DNA from: Methylophilaceae bacterium
GTDB lineage: Bacteria > Pseudomonadota > Gammaproteobacteria > Burkholderiales > Methylophilaceae
Length of the DNA: 49,645 bases
NCBI GenBank assembly: GCA_031360365.1
Contig: JANMBK010000002.1
Span: 1 to 49,645 of the forward strand
Direction of reading: 5' to 3'
Shown here: positions 10,213 to 20,824 of the stretch, piece after piece
Layout of the letters: each line of letters starts with the position of its first letter
Position numbering within the stretch: the first letter of the stretch is position 1
Notes under the pieces: generated by a model
Databases searched by the model: none
What the model was told of the DNA's origin: nothing
Seen by the model: the letters and a program-made list of their open reading frames with translations, nothing else
Translations under genes and position numbers: made by a program

Positions 10213-11425
10213 TTGATTCGTGGCTAGGCTTCACTAAACTCGCAGCAAGCTTTGCGCGGCTTCTGGCCTGATCTGCGTCTTGCCCAGTCGCCAACGCCAC
10301 ACCCATGCGACGTTTCACAAAAGATTGTGGTTTACCAAACAAACGCACATCGCTGCAAGGCACAGCTAGGGCGGCTTGCAGGCCATCGTATTTAAGGTTA
10401 TTTGATTCAGTCCCGCCATAAATAACTGCGCTGGCACCTATTTTTGTCATGCTTACATCTACTGGCAATCCCAAAATGGCACGCGCATGCAACTCAAATT
10501 CACTCAAACGCTGGCTGCACATCGTTACCATGCCAGTGTCATGTGGGCGAGGGCTTACCTCGCTAAACCACACATCATCGCCTTTTATAAACAACTCTAC
10601 CCCAAACAGCCCTAAGCCGCCAAGCGCGTCAGTAATAGTTTTAGCAATGTGCTGCGCATTGTTAAGCGCGTTTGCTGCCATGGCTTGTGGTTGCCAGCTT
10701 TCGACATAATCACCATTTTTTTGCACATGGCCGATAGGTTCGCAGAAATAAGTCTGTGTTTCACCAGCTGCGTTTTTAGCCCGAACAGTGAGCAAGGTGA
10801 TTTCGTAATCAAAATCAATTTGGCCTTCTACTATCACCACGCCCAAATTCACACGCCCACCAGTAGCGGCATAATCCCATGCCGCTTGCACTTGTGATTG
10901 TTCGGTCACTCGCGATTGGCCTTTACCACTAGATGACATTGTAGGTTTAATAAAACATGGATAACCAATTTTAGGTGCTCCAGCATGCCCGTCTATGCTG
11001 GCCTGCAGCTCGATTGCAGAGCGCGCGAACGCATAAGGTGAAACAGGTAATTTGAGTTCTTCTGCTGCAAGCCGACGAATACCTTCACGGTTCATAGTGA
11101 GTTGTACGGCTTTTACGGTTGGGATTACAGTAAACCCTTCAGCCTCAATCTCAGCCAGCGCATCAGTATTAAGCGCCTCAATTTCTGGCACAATTAAATG
11201 TGGTTTTTCTTTGTATATTAAGGCTTTTAGCGCGGCTGCATCCGTCATATCAATGGTATAGGCGTGATGCGCGACTTGCTGCCCGGGTGCGTTTTCGTAA
11301 CGGTCAACAGCAATCACTTCAACCCCAAATCGTTGCAAGGCAATAATCACTTCTTTACCCAGCTCGCCACTGCCAAGTAGCATCACTTTAGTGGCAGAAG
11401 GTGAAAGTGGCGTACCTATTTTCAT
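10202..11425 (-). CDS. purT: Formate-dependent phosphoribosylglycinamide formyltransferase
   Basis: [29 protein letters not shown] and RRMGVAL motifs. Confidence 0.96.
   Translation of the reverse strand: MKIGTPLSPSATKVMLLGSGELGKEVIIALQRFGVEVIAVDRYENAPGQQVAHHAYTIDMTDAAALKALIYKEKPHLIVPEIEALNTDALAEIEAEGFTVIPTVKAVQLTMNREGIRRLAAEELKLPVSPYAFARSAIELQASIDGHAGAPKIGYPCFIKPTMSSSGKGQSRVTEQSQVQAAWDYAATGGRVNLGVVIVEGQIDFDYEITLLTVRAKNAAGETQTYFCEPIGHVQKNGDYVESWQPQAMAANALNNAQHIAKTITDALGGLGLFGVELFIKGDDVWFSEVSPRPHDTGMVTMCSQRLSEFELHARAILGLPVDVSMTKIGASAVIYGGTESNNLKYDGLQAALAVPCSDVRLFGKPQSFVKRRMGVALATGQDADQARSRAKLAASLVKPSHESNAG
10348..10386. repeat. Intragenic copy of the 39-bp palindrome family (in purT)
   Basis: catcgCTGCAAGgC-acagctagggc-GGCTTGCAGgcCAT; the right arm matches the consensus arm GGCTTGCAGGGCAT at 13 of 14 positions. 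Confidence 0.5.
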
Positions 11426-11477
11426 GCTAATTTCCCGTGTTTAATTAACTTCAATATTACCATGGGGTAGCGTTTTT

Positions 11478-12887
11478 TTAGCGGCTTAGGTGATGTTTAT
11501 CCATACGATAACGCATGGTCATGCGGCTAATATTAAGTATCCTTGCCGCTTCAGATACGTTGTTATGTGACGCTTCTAGCGCATTGATGAGCATCATTTT
11601 TTCTGACGCCTCAAGTGTTAATAACGCTTGAGTATTATTCGCTGCTTGTTCTGGCTTGGTTTCACGTAAAGCTAAATCATTCGCCGAAATTTGCGCACCC
11701 GAACACAATAACACTGCACGGCTGATTTGATGACGTAACTCGCGTATATTGCCAGGCCAACTATATTCTAATAAAGCATTTAACGCACTAGCACTTAAAG
11801 CATGTTTGGCTAAGCCATAACGTTTTTCGGTAAGTTGCATAAAGTGCTTGGCTAGCAACAGCACATCATCGTCGCGTTCGCGCAAAGGCGCTAACGAAAT
11901 CATCATCACATTTAAACGATAATATAGATCAGAACGATATTTACCTGTTTGTGCCATTTCATGTAAATCGCGATTGGTAGCAGCAATGATACGCGCAGGC
12001 ACATTACGCTCTTTAGTAGAACCTAAACGACGCACCACGCGGCGCTCTAGCACATTTAGCAGCTTCGCTTGCAAGGCCAGTGGCAGCTCACCAATTTCAT
12101 CGAGAAACAAGGTTCCGTCTTCCGCCGCCTCAATCAAACCTGGGCGCGCACCTATTGCGCCAGTAAAAGCACCTTTTTCATGACCGAATAACTCAGCTTC
12201 AATTAACTCATTTGGTAGTGATGCACAATCGACATGTACAAAAGGTTTGTCGGCATTCGGGCAAGCCGCATGTAGCATGCGTGCTACCACATCTTTACCT
12301 GTACCTGTTTCACCTATAATCAATACTGTGGGTGGTGTGATTTCATTATTGCTTTTTAGACTTGCAATGCGATTAATTTGCGAACGTAAACTTTGTGTAG
12401 CAGCACTTTCACCAATCAAATTAATATTATCCGCACTGTGTGCATTGCGTTGCCGCGAATAATCTAAGCTGGTTTTAAGTTCAGCAGTTTTCTCATTTTT
12501 TTTCACGATTAACAAAAGCTCTTCTAAATCAATCGGCTTTTTCAAATAATCGTTGGCACCCAACTTAATGGCATTGACTGCATCGCCAAAGTCACCGTAA
12601 GCTGTCATCACAATCACTGTTACGCCGTTTGCCACCAACTCAGGCAGGTAATCAAGCCCGTTACCGTCTGGCAAACGCATATCCAGCAACACAATGTCAG
12701 GCTCAAATTGTTTTGCAACGGCACGGCCATCTTGTAATGTCTCTGCATGCTCGCAATCAAAGCCCGCTTTTTGCATGCGCTTTTGCACTGCGCGAGCAAA
12801 CAAAGCTTCATCCTCCACAATCAATATTTTTTTAGCTTGATTGATTTGCGGAATTTTTGCTTCTAAGTCTATTTGCTGTGCGAGCAA
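11478..12887 (-). CDS. sigma54-dependent NtrC-family response regulator (REC-AAA+-Fis HTH)
   Basis: Receiver domain, GETGTGKD, intact GAFTGA, LFLDEIGE, WPGNIREL and a C-terminal HTH (NVSEAARILNISR). The start codon is uncertain. Confidence 0.94.
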   Translation of the reverse strand: MLAQQIDLEAKIPQINQAKKILIVEDEALFARAVQKRMQKAGFDCEHAETLQDGRAVAKQFEPDIVLLDMRLPDGNGLDYLPELVANGVTVIVMTAYGDFGDAVNAIKLGANDYLKKPIDLEELLLIVKKNEKTAELKTSLDYSRQRNAHSADNINLIGESAATQSLRSQINRIASLKSNNEITPPTVLIIGETGTGKDVVARMLHAACPNADKPFVHVDCASLPNELIEAELFGHEKGAFTGAIGARPGLIEAAEDGTLFLDEIGELPLALQAKLLNVLERRVVRRLGSTKERNVPARIIAATNRDLHEMAQTGKYRSDLYYRLNVMMISLAPLRERDDDVLLLAKHFMQLTEKRYGLAKHALSASALNALLEYSWPGNIRELRHQISRAVLLCSGAQISANDLALRETKPEQAANNTQALLTLEASEKMMLINALEASHNNVSEAARILNISRMTMRYRMDKHHLSR

Positions 12888-12911
12888 GTACTTACCTAAT
12901 CTGTATTTAAA

Positions 12912-15266
12912 TTAATCATTGTCACTATTGGCCGCAGCAGATTTTTTTGCAACGCCAAACTCATAACGCACACCCACCCACGCAGCGCGCGGCGCGCCAG
13001 GCGATTGAAATTGCTCACTTTGCCAATCTGCAGGATTAGCATTAAAGCTTCTATCGGCTGTGTTAAACGCATTGGTACCTAATATGCCCAAGCTGGCATA
13101 ATCTTTATCGGCAATATTGGTGACCTTTAAAAAGCCGCTCCAATTTTGATGAAATCGCCAATTAGCATCGGCGTTAAACACCGTATAACCAGCTACTTTA
13201 CCATTTACGTCTTCATTATTTTCATCACCCCGCGCAAAGACACTACCACTTGCAATCATGTTTAAACCCACGGTTAAGCTAGGCGTAAAGTCATAAGCGG
13301 CACGTAATTTAAGCGAATGTTTAGGAATATTAGGTAAATAATCGCCCGATTTTGCAGTGAAATTACCATCAGCATCGGAAGACGAGTTATTTTCATTATG
13401 AAATTGCACGCTATTTTTAAACGTAGCGCGTAAATACTGGTAATTGGCAGTTAAATTAAGCTTGTCAAATTGTGCGCCCAAGCCCAACTCTAGGCCTTGA
13501 CGCTCGGTATCGCCAACGTTATCAAAATAGCCCAAATTAAAGCTGTTGCCGCTGCTAATAAATTGAATATCGTCTTTTAACTTGGAATGAAACACGCCAG
13601 CGTTCCAGTTGAAAGCTTTATTTATCTTGCCCCGCACGCCAACTTCAAAAGTTTTAGAAATCACAGGGTCAAGTAGTGGATCTGCCAAAAAGTCAGTCGG
13701 CAAACGGCATGGTGTCAGCGGATCCGCACAGCTTAATTCAATTGGCGTAGGTGCCCGCATACCTTCGTTATAGCCCGCAAAAAAGCCTAATGCAATGCTG
13801 GGGTTGTAATTAAAGCCAATAGCGGGATTAAAGCGGTTAAAGGTGTGTTGAATCTTATTGCTATCACCAGATACAAATTTACCAGTGTCTGGGTTTACTT
13901 CTGAGTTATCTTTAATGCGTACTTGCACATAGTTGTAACGACCAGATAATGTCACATGAAACTTGTCATTGATAGAGAAAATATCGGTGGCGTACAAGCC
14001 CAGATATTTATTGTTGGCTTTGATGTCAGTTTCAGTTTCAAAGTCATCCGCAGGAACGGCGCCGCGGTCTTGGCTGAAATTGCTTTCCTGCTCGGCGGAA
14101 ACATATTTGGTACGACCTAAATCGGCGCTGAAACCAGTGGTAAATTGGTTTTTATGTTGCATTACATCGCCTAAATATGAATATTGTGCAGCAAAACCAT
14201 AACCTAATTGCGAGCTCGAAGACTTCTCATTTGAACCTTGGTCAGCAATATTAACAGCCTCAATTAATGTTTGGTCGCATTCATCGCCTGCGCTAGTTTC
14301 TGTGCTTGCAAAACAATCATTGGTATTACTGGCAAAGTTGTTAATGCGGCTGTTACGCACGTATACATTTGCGCCTATTAAATGATTGTCGGTAAAAAAG
14401 TGGCTGCCTTTCAGCGTGAGCATTTGCATACGATTACCAATACTGTCCGGGAAGGTGTAGCCTTCTTCAGGCTTATTGAGCCAGCTTTTAGGCAGCGCTT
14501 GCACGCCGTTTAAATTGTTGTGCGCTACGGTTAAACTTAAATCCAAATCGGTGGTGTCATTTTGCCAGCCAATTTTTCCAAATGCTTGATTCACTTCACT
14601 TTGTGAGTAATCGCGCCAGCCGTTTTCTTTATTAAAGTTGGCGGTAAAAAAGTAATCTACGTTGCCATTTTGGCCGCCATAACCGGCGTTAAAACCGCGC
14701 CGCGCCCAAGAGCCTGCCATCACCTCTGCAAATAAACCGGGGTAACTTGCACCGCTTTTAGTGTTTACAGAAAGAGCGCCGCCCAAAGTGTTCAATCCAA
14801 ATACCGGGTTGGAGCCTGGCATTAAATTGATGCTGGAAATCGCACTTTGTGGAATTAAGCCCCAGTTGACTGTATCACCAAACGGCTCGTTAATGCGCAC
14901 GCCATCTTGAAACACAGACAGACCCTGTGGCGCGCCAGCTAACGGAGAAGCGGTAAAACCACGAAAATTCACATCCGCCATGTAGGGGTTGCTTTGGCCT
15001 TCGGTAATCGCAACCCCACCCAAGTTGTTGTTGATGTAATCGGATAGTTCCAATGTGTGCTGTTTGGCAATATCTTTTGAGCTAACCGATTGTACATTGG
15101 AAGGCACTTGGTCAATAGAAGTGCCAATACCAGGCAGTGGCGTGGTGGAAATGACCTCAATTGTGCCAGTTTCTAACGCTTCTGCTTTATTCTCTGCAAT
15201 AGCGGGCGTAGCATAAGCCACAATAATGGCTATTGTAACGAGTTTGGGTGTTAATGCGGTTCTCAT
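12912..15266 (-). CDS. TonB-dependent outer-membrane receptor, possibly of the LutH/LanA-like lanthanide-uptake family
   Basis: Signal peptide, TonB-box-like TIEVIS, plug RGFTASPLAGAPQGLSVFQDGVRINEPFGDTVNW, barrel with CADPxxPC, and C-terminal WVGVRYEF. The family assignment is from memory. Confidence 0.9.
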   Translation of the reverse strand: MRTALTPKLVTIAIIVAYATPAIAENKAEALETGTIEVISTTPLPGIGTSIDQVPSNVQSVSSKDIAKQHTLELSDYINNNLGGVAITEGQSNPYMADVNFRGFTASPLAGAPQGLSVFQDGVRINEPFGDTVNWGLIPQSAISSINLMPGSNPVFGLNTLGGALSVNTKSGASYPGLFAEVMAGSWARRGFNAGYGGQNGNVDYFFTANFNKENGWRDYSQSEVNQAFGKIGWQNDTTDLDLSLTVAHNNLNGVQALPKSWLNKPEEGYTFPDSIGNRMQMLTLKGSHFFTDNHLIGANVYVRNSRINNFASNTNDCFASTETSAGDECDQTLIEAVNIADQGSNEKSSSSQLGYGFAAQYSYLGDVMQHKNQFTTGFSADLGRTKYVSAEQESNFSQDRGAVPADDFETETDIKANNKYLGLYATDIFSINDKFHVTLSGRYNYVQVRIKDNSEVNPDTGKFVSGDSNKIQHTFNRFNPAIGFNYNPSIALGFFAGYNEGMRAPTPIELSCADPLTPCRLPTDFLADPLLDPVISKTFEVGVRGKINKAFNWNAGVFHSKLKDDIQFISSGNSFNLGYFDNVGDTERQGLELGLGAQFDKLNLTANYQYLRATFKNSVQFHNENNSSSDADGNFTAKSGDYLPNIPKHSLKLRAAYDFTPSLTVGLNMIASGSVFARGDENNEDVNGKVAGYTVFNADANWRFHQNWSGFLKVTNIADKDYASLGILGTNAFNTADRSFNANPADWQSEQFQSPGAPRAAWVGVRYEFGVAKKSAAANSDND

Positions 15267-15319
15267 GCGTATCCCTATAATAATTGGCTGAATTTATTGT
15301 ATATATCAACTCATTATGC

Positions 15320-15335
15320 TGCAAAAGCCATGCCT
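15320..15335 (-). promoter_or_regulatory. sigma54 -24/-12 promoter of the TBDR-bEBP operon
   Basis: Minus strand reads AGGCATGGCTTTTGCA, i.e. GG-N10-GC, close to the consensus TGGCAC-N5-TTGCW. Confidence 0.8.
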
Positions 15336-15373
15336 AAAATTAATCTAGCCAAGGCTTTAAAAAATTGATTAAA

Positions 15374-15386
15374 AATCAACTGCTTG
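15374..15386 (+). promoter_or_regulatory. IHF binding site
   Basis: AATCAACTGCTTG matches WATCAANNNNTTR exactly, with an A-tract on its 5' side. It lies between the UAS and the sigma54 promoter. Confidence 0.7.
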
Positions 15387-15421
15387 AGAAGGTGGCTTAT
15401 TATGGCATCTATTATAGCCTT

Positions 15422-15472
15422 ATAAATTGGCTACATACAACCAATAATGGTGGTTGTATATAACCAATTTAT
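15422..15472. promoter_or_regulatory. Tandem palindromic enhancer (UAS) sites
   Basis: TTGGCTACATACAACCAA (15427-15444) and TGGTTGTATATAACCAA (15451-15467). Each is a near-palindrome and together they form one larger inverted repeat. Confidence 0.7.
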
Positions 15473-15478
15473 TAAAGG

Positions 15479-17992
15479 TTAAATGCTATTTAGCAGCTGT
15501 TTTGGCGCCACATTTAAGTAGCCACGAATGACTAGCCACGCGGCTAAGGGGATTAATACAAGGGCAATAGCAAGCACGCCAAGTGCTAATGATAAATTAA
15601 ATTGATATGGGATATCTAGCACAAAGTGACTTAAATAATAACTTAAACTGCTAGCAACTAACACCGCAACAATAGAGGCTACTACAGCAATACTGACAAA
15701 TTCAGTGAGCATGGTGAAGGTTACTTGCTTGCGCGATGCACCTAATACGCGTAACAGCGTAGACTCTTGTAAGCGTGCAGTTCGAGTGGCAACTAGCGCG
15801 GCATATAAAACAATAATGCCTGCCAGCACACAAAAGCCAAACACAAAGCTGACTGCGGTGGCTAGCTTGCTCATAATGTCACGCACTTGGTTCATCACGC
15901 TGGCAACATCGATCACAGTAAAATTGGGAAACTGTTGCAGCATACGATTAAGCGCATTGTCTTGGCTTTTAGGGAGGTAAAACGCAGTCATATAACTGGC
16001 GCTGAATTTGGCTAGCGTTTTGGGTGGCGTTACTGCAAAAAAGTTCGCGCGCATACTATCCCACTCTACTTTGCGAATGCTAGCGACAGTCAGGGTAATT
16101 TTATCACCAGCAATATCGTAAGTCAGTTTGTCCCCCAGCTTAACATTTAGCGCCTGTGCAATATCTAACTCTAACGACAGTAGTGGCGCGGCGGTTTCAT
16201 CTGCACGCCACCAGCGGCCTTCAAGTAACTTATTATCTGTTTGCATCACAGCTGCTGAGGATAAATTAAACTCGCGCGAAACAAGTCTTTTTGCGCGCTC
16301 TTCTGTAAACATTTCAGCGTTAATTGGCTGGCCATTTTTTTCAACCAGCCTGCCACGTATCATGGCGAATACTTGTGGACGACTATTTGAGTTGGCTTGC
16401 TGGATAAAGCTTTTAACAGGCTCAACCTGATTAGCTTGAATGTTAATAATAAATCTATTTGGCGCATCTGCTGGTAATGATTTCTGCCACGATTGCATTA
16501 AATCGGTTTTAATCATCACCAACAACATCAGCACCATGGCACCTAGGCTAAAGCCAATAATTTGTGCAATAGATAAAGCCAAGCGACGTTTTAAATTAGC
16601 CATGCCCAAGCTAACGTTGTTGCCAATGCCATTGCCCAAAGATTTACTGAGGCTAACGCGATGCAACAATAACGCCAAGCCATACGCCATAAAACCTGCC
16701 ACCACACAAATACCAAAAATACCCGCCAAAAATGCCAACGCTAATTCAGCTGTTTTCGCTATCCAAAAGACTAAGCCTATGACGACCAGCACCACTGGTA
16801 GATAATTTAGCCAAACTTTGGTCGGCGCTAAAATGAAGTTTTTGCGTAAAATATTGATTGTTGGGATGTTCTTTAGGCTACGAATATGCGGCAACATAAT
16901 TGCAAATAGAATGGCAAAGCTTAACGCTAAGCCAATGAAAACAGGACTTAAGCTAGGCAATGGTAAGCTTTCTAAAAATAAACGGCCAGCAAAATGCGCT
17001 AAAATAAACTGTACTGCATATCCTAAAACACAACCCACCACGCCACCAAACGCCGCCAGCAGTGAGGTTTGCAGCAGCATAATATTTTCGATGCTAGCTT
17101 TGCTAGCACCAAAACAACGCAATAAAGCCGCTGTTTCTTGACTGCGTGCCACAAACGGCCCACTAGCAAGCAGCATAGCGACTATCGCCAGTACTACACT
17201 CACCATGGCGCTTAAGCCCAAAAACACTTCCGCTTTATCTAGCGCACTGCGTATCTCTGGCCGTGCCGTTTTTACGTCTTCAATGCGTTCACCACGCTGT
17301 AAATTGGGTGTAATTTTGCCAATAAACGTTTTGATGTTTTTGGCATCTCCTGAAATCAATAGCTGATATTTAACGCGGCTGCCAAATTGAATCAGCTCGG
17401 TTGCTGGCACATCATTCATGTGCATCATCACGCGTGGCGCAAAGCTAAACATATCGCCACCGCGTGAAGGCTCGCGCATTAATATGCCAGCTACTTTAAA
17501 TTTGCTGGCGCCTAGTTCTAACTTGTCACCTAGCTTTAAATTCAGTGCATTGGCTAGTCGTGGTTCTATCCAAACTTCACTTTTTTGTGGCCTAGCTTGC
17601 ACATTTTGCGCAAGCTTTTCTGCAGAAAATAGCACGCCAAAATCGCCAATCAGCGGAAAATTATCGTCTATGGCTTTAATTTCTGCCAGTTGATTTTTAT
17701 CACTGTTTATTGCCATACTGGCGAACTCAAGCGTGGATGCGGCTTGCAGGCCTGCTTGTTTGGCCTCGTCGATATATTTTGCTGAAATTGCATGATCGGA
17801 GATTAATACTGCATCGCCGCCCAGTAGCATGCCACCTTGGTTATTAAGGTGTGAAGCAATGCGATTAGTGAAAAAACTCACCGCAGTGATGGAGGTTACA
17901 GCCAGTACCAATGCCAGCACGAGTACGCGCAAATCGCCAGATTGCCATTGCGAGCGTAATTGTTGCCAAGCAAGTTTGAGATTAAGCTTCAT
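15479..17992 (-). CDS. ybbP: ABC transporter permease, YbbP/FtsX-like
   Basis: Multi-TM protein with QFGSRVKY, APNRFIINIQ, SIRKVEWDSMRANFF and LRVLGAS. The likely ATG start at 17992 overlaps the ybbA stop. Confidence 0.88.
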   Translation of the reverse strand: MKLNLKLAWQQLRSQWQSGDLRVLVLALVLAVTSITAVSFFTNRIASHLNNQGGMLLGGDAVLISDHAISAKYIDEAKQAGLQAASTLEFASMAINSDKNQLAEIKAIDDNFPLIGDFGVLFSAEKLAQNVQARPQKSEVWIEPRLANALNLKLGDKLELGASKFKVAGILMREPSRGGDMFSFAPRVMMHMNDVPATELIQFGSRVKYQLLISGDAKNIKTFIGKITPNLQRGERIEDVKTARPEIRSALDKAEVFLGLSAMVSVVLAIVAMLLASGPFVARSQETAALLRCFGASKASIENIMLLQTSLLAAFGGVVGCVLGYAVQFILAHFAGRLFLESLPLPSLSPVFIGLALSFAILFAIMLPHIRSLKNIPTINILRKNFILAPTKVWLNYLPVVLVVIGLVFWIAKTAELALAFLAGIFGICVVAGFMAYGLALLLHRVSLSKSLGNGIGNNVSLGMANLKRRLALSIAQIIGFSLGAMVLMLLVMIKTDLMQSWQKSLPADAPNRFIINIQANQVEPVKSFIQQANSNSRPQVFAMIRGRLVEKNGQPINAEMFTEERAKRLVSREFNLSSAAVMQTDNKLLEGRWWRADETAAPLLSLELDIAQALNVKLGDKLTYDIAGDKITLTVASIRKVEWDSMRANFFAVTPPKTLAKFSASYMTAFYLPKSQDNALNRMLQQFPNFTVIDVASVMNQVRDIMSKLATAVSFVFGFCVLAGIIVLYAALVATRTARLQESTLLRVLGASRKQVTFTMLTEFVSIAVVASIVAVLVASSLSYYLSHFVLDIPYQFNLSLALGVLAIALVLIPLAAWLVIRGYLNVAPKQLLNSI

Positions 17993-18711
17993 TTTGTGCT
18001 TAATTTGCCTTGTTCTAAATGTAATGTGCGTCCACACCGCTGCGCCAATTGCGCGTCGTGCGTCACCAGAATTAAGGTGGCATTGCTTTGCTGATTTAAG
18101 CTAAAAAGTAGCTCTATAATGCGCTCTCCAGTAGCGATATCTAAATTTCCCGTTGGTTCATCCGCAAATAGAATAGCGGGTTGCGGCGCAAATGCGCGAG
18201 CTATCGCTACCCTTTGCTGCTCACCGCCTGAGAGTTGCTTGGGATAGTGCTGCAAACGTTCTGCCAGGCCTACTTTTTCTAGCGTCTCGATTGCCATCTG
18301 TTTCGCGCCTTTTCTATTCGAAAGCAGCATCGGTAGCATTACGTTTTCTAAAGCTGTCATGGTTGGCAACAGCTGAAACGATTGAAACACAAAACCCATC
18401 TGCGCACCACGCATGGCGGCGCGGGCATCTTCATCTAAAGCGCTAAATGCTTTGCCAGCCACCTCTACCAGGCCGCTAGTAGGCACATCCAAGCCAGCAA
18501 GCAGGGCTAGCAAAGTGGATTTGCCCGAGCCTGAACTCCCCACAATTGCAACACTCTCACCTTGTTCTACCTGTAAATTCAGGTTGTTTAAAATTTCAAT
18601 CTTATTTGTACCTTCTCCCACATGTTTAGCTAAATTTGTGGCTAAAATAGCGGTAGTGTTTATCGTCGCCTCATGCGTTGTTTGAGAATAGATTGGTTCA
18701 GAAAGTAACAT
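17989..18711 (-). CDS. ybbA: ABC transporter ATP-binding protein, YbbA-like
   Basis: [26 protein letters not shown] and VTHD motifs. Confidence 0.9.
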   Translation of the reverse strand: MLLSEPIYSQTTHEATINTTAILATNLAKHVGEGTNKIEILNNLNLQVEQGESVAIVGSSGSGKSTLLALLAGLDVPTSGLVEVAGKAFSALDEDARAAMRGAQMGFVFQSFQLLPTMTALENVMLPMLLSNRKGAKQMAIETLEKVGLAERLQHYPKQLSGGEQQRVAIARAFAPQPAILFADEPTGNLDIATGERIIELLFSLNQQSNATLILVTHDAQLAQRCGRTLHLEQGKLSTK

Positions 18712-18713
18712 AA

Positions 18714-19394
18714 ATGCGTTCTCTTAATAAATTAGTTGTTATTAAAGCAGTGATTTATCAAGCACTGTTTCATTTTTTCGTTGCTGTTAGTCTTATTGTA
18801 TTCAGTTTGGTTGCAATTCCAGCCAAAGCAAAAGAATCCACTTCATTTACTATTGTAGTTTTTGGTGATAGCTTATCTGCAGCCTATGGCATAGCACAAC
18901 ATGAGGGCTGGGTGGCTTTATTGCAACAGCGCATCACACAGAAAAAATATAATTACCAAGTCATCAACGCCAGTATTAGCGGTGAAACTACTAGTGGCGG
19001 CTTAAGCCGTTTTGCCGATATGCTAGCAATACATGAACCCAATATTGTCTTGATAGAGTTAGGTGCTAACGATGGTTTGCGCGGTTTAAGCGCCAAAGAC
19101 ATGCACAGCAATTTAGATGCCATGATTCAGCAAGCCCAAGCTAAAAAAGCCAAAGTCATGTTACTTGGCATGAAAATTCCGCCCAATTATGGCTTAAAAT
19201 ATAGCCGTCAATTTAGCGACAACTATCAACACTTAGCCAAAAAATATAACATTAAATTGGTGCCATTTTTTTTAGATGGCGTGGCTGGCAAGCCAGATAT
19301 AATTCAGTCAGATGGTTTGCATCCAACTTCATTGGCGCAGCCAAAAATACTAGATAATGTATGGCCAACACTGGCTAAAATGCTGAAAAATTAA
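18714..19394 (+). CDS. tesA: Acyl-CoA thioesterase I / arylesterase (SGNH)
   Basis: GDSLS, NASISGETT, ELGANDG and DGLHP motifs; divergent from ybbA as in E. coli. The true start may be further downstream. Confidence 0.92.
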   Translation: MRSLNKLVVIKAVIYQALFHFFVAVSLIVFSLVAIPAKAKESTSFTIVVFGDSLSAAYGIAQHEGWVALLQQRITQKKYNYQVINASISGETTSGGLSRFADMLAIHEPNIVLIELGANDGLRGLSAKDMHSNLDAMIQQAQAKKAKVMLLGMKIPPNYGLKYSRQFSDNYQHLAKKYNIKLVPFFLDGVAGKPDIIQSDGLHPTSLAQPKILDNVWPTLAKMLKN

Positions 19395-19432
19395 TGCCCT
19401 GAGAGGCAATACCCATGAGGCTTGCAGAGCAT
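19394..19432. repeat. 39-bp REP-like palindrome, intergenic (tesA/tilS convergent)
   Basis: ATGCCCTGAGAGGC-AATACCCATGA-GGCTTGCAGAGCAT. Confidence 0.85.
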
Positions 19433-19453
19433 TGATTTATATTTAATTTAAGC

Positions 19454-20824
19454 TTATTGCTTCCATTCAACTGTTAAACCCATTTCATCTGTCTTGGCTG
19501 CAAAGCTAACATCTACCATACATTTTGCGCCAATATTAGGAATAATCACCAAAGTCTCATCCATAAAAATAAGTGGCAATTGTGCACGCTGCCAAGGCGG
19601 AATTTCGCAAGTTTGCAACACCGTTTTTAAACTGCGGCTGGGCCTGCCTAAAGCTTGGCGAAAACGCTCCCCACCCTGACGATATTGAATACGTAGCTTG
19701 ATATTAGGCACACGATTTAATGCAAAGCCTTGACCTAAAGTTTGCGTAAACAGCAAGCGGGAGCCGTCGGGTAAAGCTACCATTTCATTGCCCTGCCACA
19801 ATAAATTCATTGTGGGTACTATTTCAGTTTCAGCTAGTAAAAATGCATATTCGCGATAGCGCTGTAAGTTGTGAGTACTACTGACTTTTATTTTAACCAT
19901 TGCATCAGTTTTGGCAAAAAGTAGCTGCTGGCTTATTTGATTTAGCTGTGCCGTACTAGGTAAATTACAGTTGTTTTGCACTAGCCACCAGCGCAATGCA
20001 TTATTAAGACGTGCGACGCTAAACTGTTTAAGTTTTGGCAGATTCAGCGCTTTACCTTGCAAACAGCTAGCCACATCCAAAGCAGCAACTTCATCGAGTA
20101 AATCGTTGGCTTGCGCCATATGTAGCGCGCTGCGGCTAATGGTTTGCCGAATGGCTGGATATTGCTTGGCTAAAATAGGCAAAATTTCATGTCGAATAAA
20201 GTTGCGGTCGAACTTAGTTTCTAGATTGCTTTCATCTTCCACCCAAGTGAGCCGGTGTTGCTTAGCATAATCTAACAATGCCCTGCGAGGCACATCGAGC
20301 AAAGGGCGTAGCAATTGCCCACTCACAGCCGCCATGCCCGCCAATCCTTTTACGCCCGAGCCACGCGCCAGTTGCAGCAAAAAAGTCTCAGCTTGGTCGT
20401 CTTGATGGTGAGCCAGTAGAATAAAATCAGCATCTGCTTGATACAAGGCATGGTATCTAGCCTCTCGCGCCGAAGCTTCTATGCCTAAGCCATGATTGTT
20501 AACTTGCACTTTTGTAATAGTCAGTGAAACGTTTAGCTGTTTGCAAATATTTGCACAAGTCTCTGCCCATAAGTCAGCATTGGAGCTTAAGCCATGATGC
20601 ACATGCTGCGCAAGCAACTGAAACGGAAGAGTTTTATTGACTTGCACTAACAGATGTAATAACACGCAAGAATCTAAACCACCGCTAAAAGCCAGCGCTA
20701 ATTTAGGATTGACTAAATTTTTGCTTACAAAAACATCTGTTAAAAAAGCCTGCAGTTGCTGCAGCAGAGATGCTTTTTTATTAGTTGACGATTTACTTAC
20801 TGGCAGTTTCTTTGAACTTGCCAT
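19454..20824 (-). CDS. tilS: tRNA(Ile)-lysidine synthetase
   Basis: [28 protein letters not shown] and DESN...RNFIRH; lies downstream of accA. Confidence 0.95.
   Translation of the reverse strand: MASSKKLPVSKSSTNKKASLLQQLQAFLTDVFVSKNLVNPKLALAFSGGLDSCVLLHLLVQVNKTLPFQLLAQHVHHGLSSNADLWAETCANICKQLNVSLTITKVQVNNHGLGIEASAREARYHALYQADADFILLAHHQDDQAETFLLQLARGSGVKGLAGMAAVSGQLLRPLLDVPRRALLDYAKQHRLTWVEDESNLETKFDRNFIRHEILPILAKQYPAIRQTISRSALHMAQANDLLDEVAALDVASCLQGKALNLPKLKQFSVARLNNALRWWLVQNNCNLPSTAQLNQISQQLLFAKTDAMVKIKVSSTHNLQRYREYAFLLAETEIVPTMNLLWQGNEMVALPDGSRLLFTQTLGQGFALNRVPNIKLRIQYRQGGERFRQALGRPSRSLKTVLQTCEIPPWQRAQLPLIFMDETLVIIPNIGAKCMVDVSFAAKTDEMGLTVEWKQ

Noticed and set aside
10975-11013. Second possible palindrome copy in purT; similarly weak hits near 17041, 27305 and 40226
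   Set aside because: They need gaps or have only one acceptable arm, so I cannot support them without a statistical scan.
15304-15316. Second IHF-consensus match TATCAACTCATTA
   Set aside because: It overlaps the predicted transcription start in AT-rich DNA and may be chance, so it was not called.
18711-18714. Head-to-head ybbA/tesA starts only 2 bp apart
   Set aside because: A similarly tight divergent arrangement is known in E. coli, and the true starts may be internal.
20278-20316. ATGCCCTGCGAGGC in tilS, matching the left arm of the palindrome
   Set aside because: No matching right arm or spacer; it could be chance within conserved codons.
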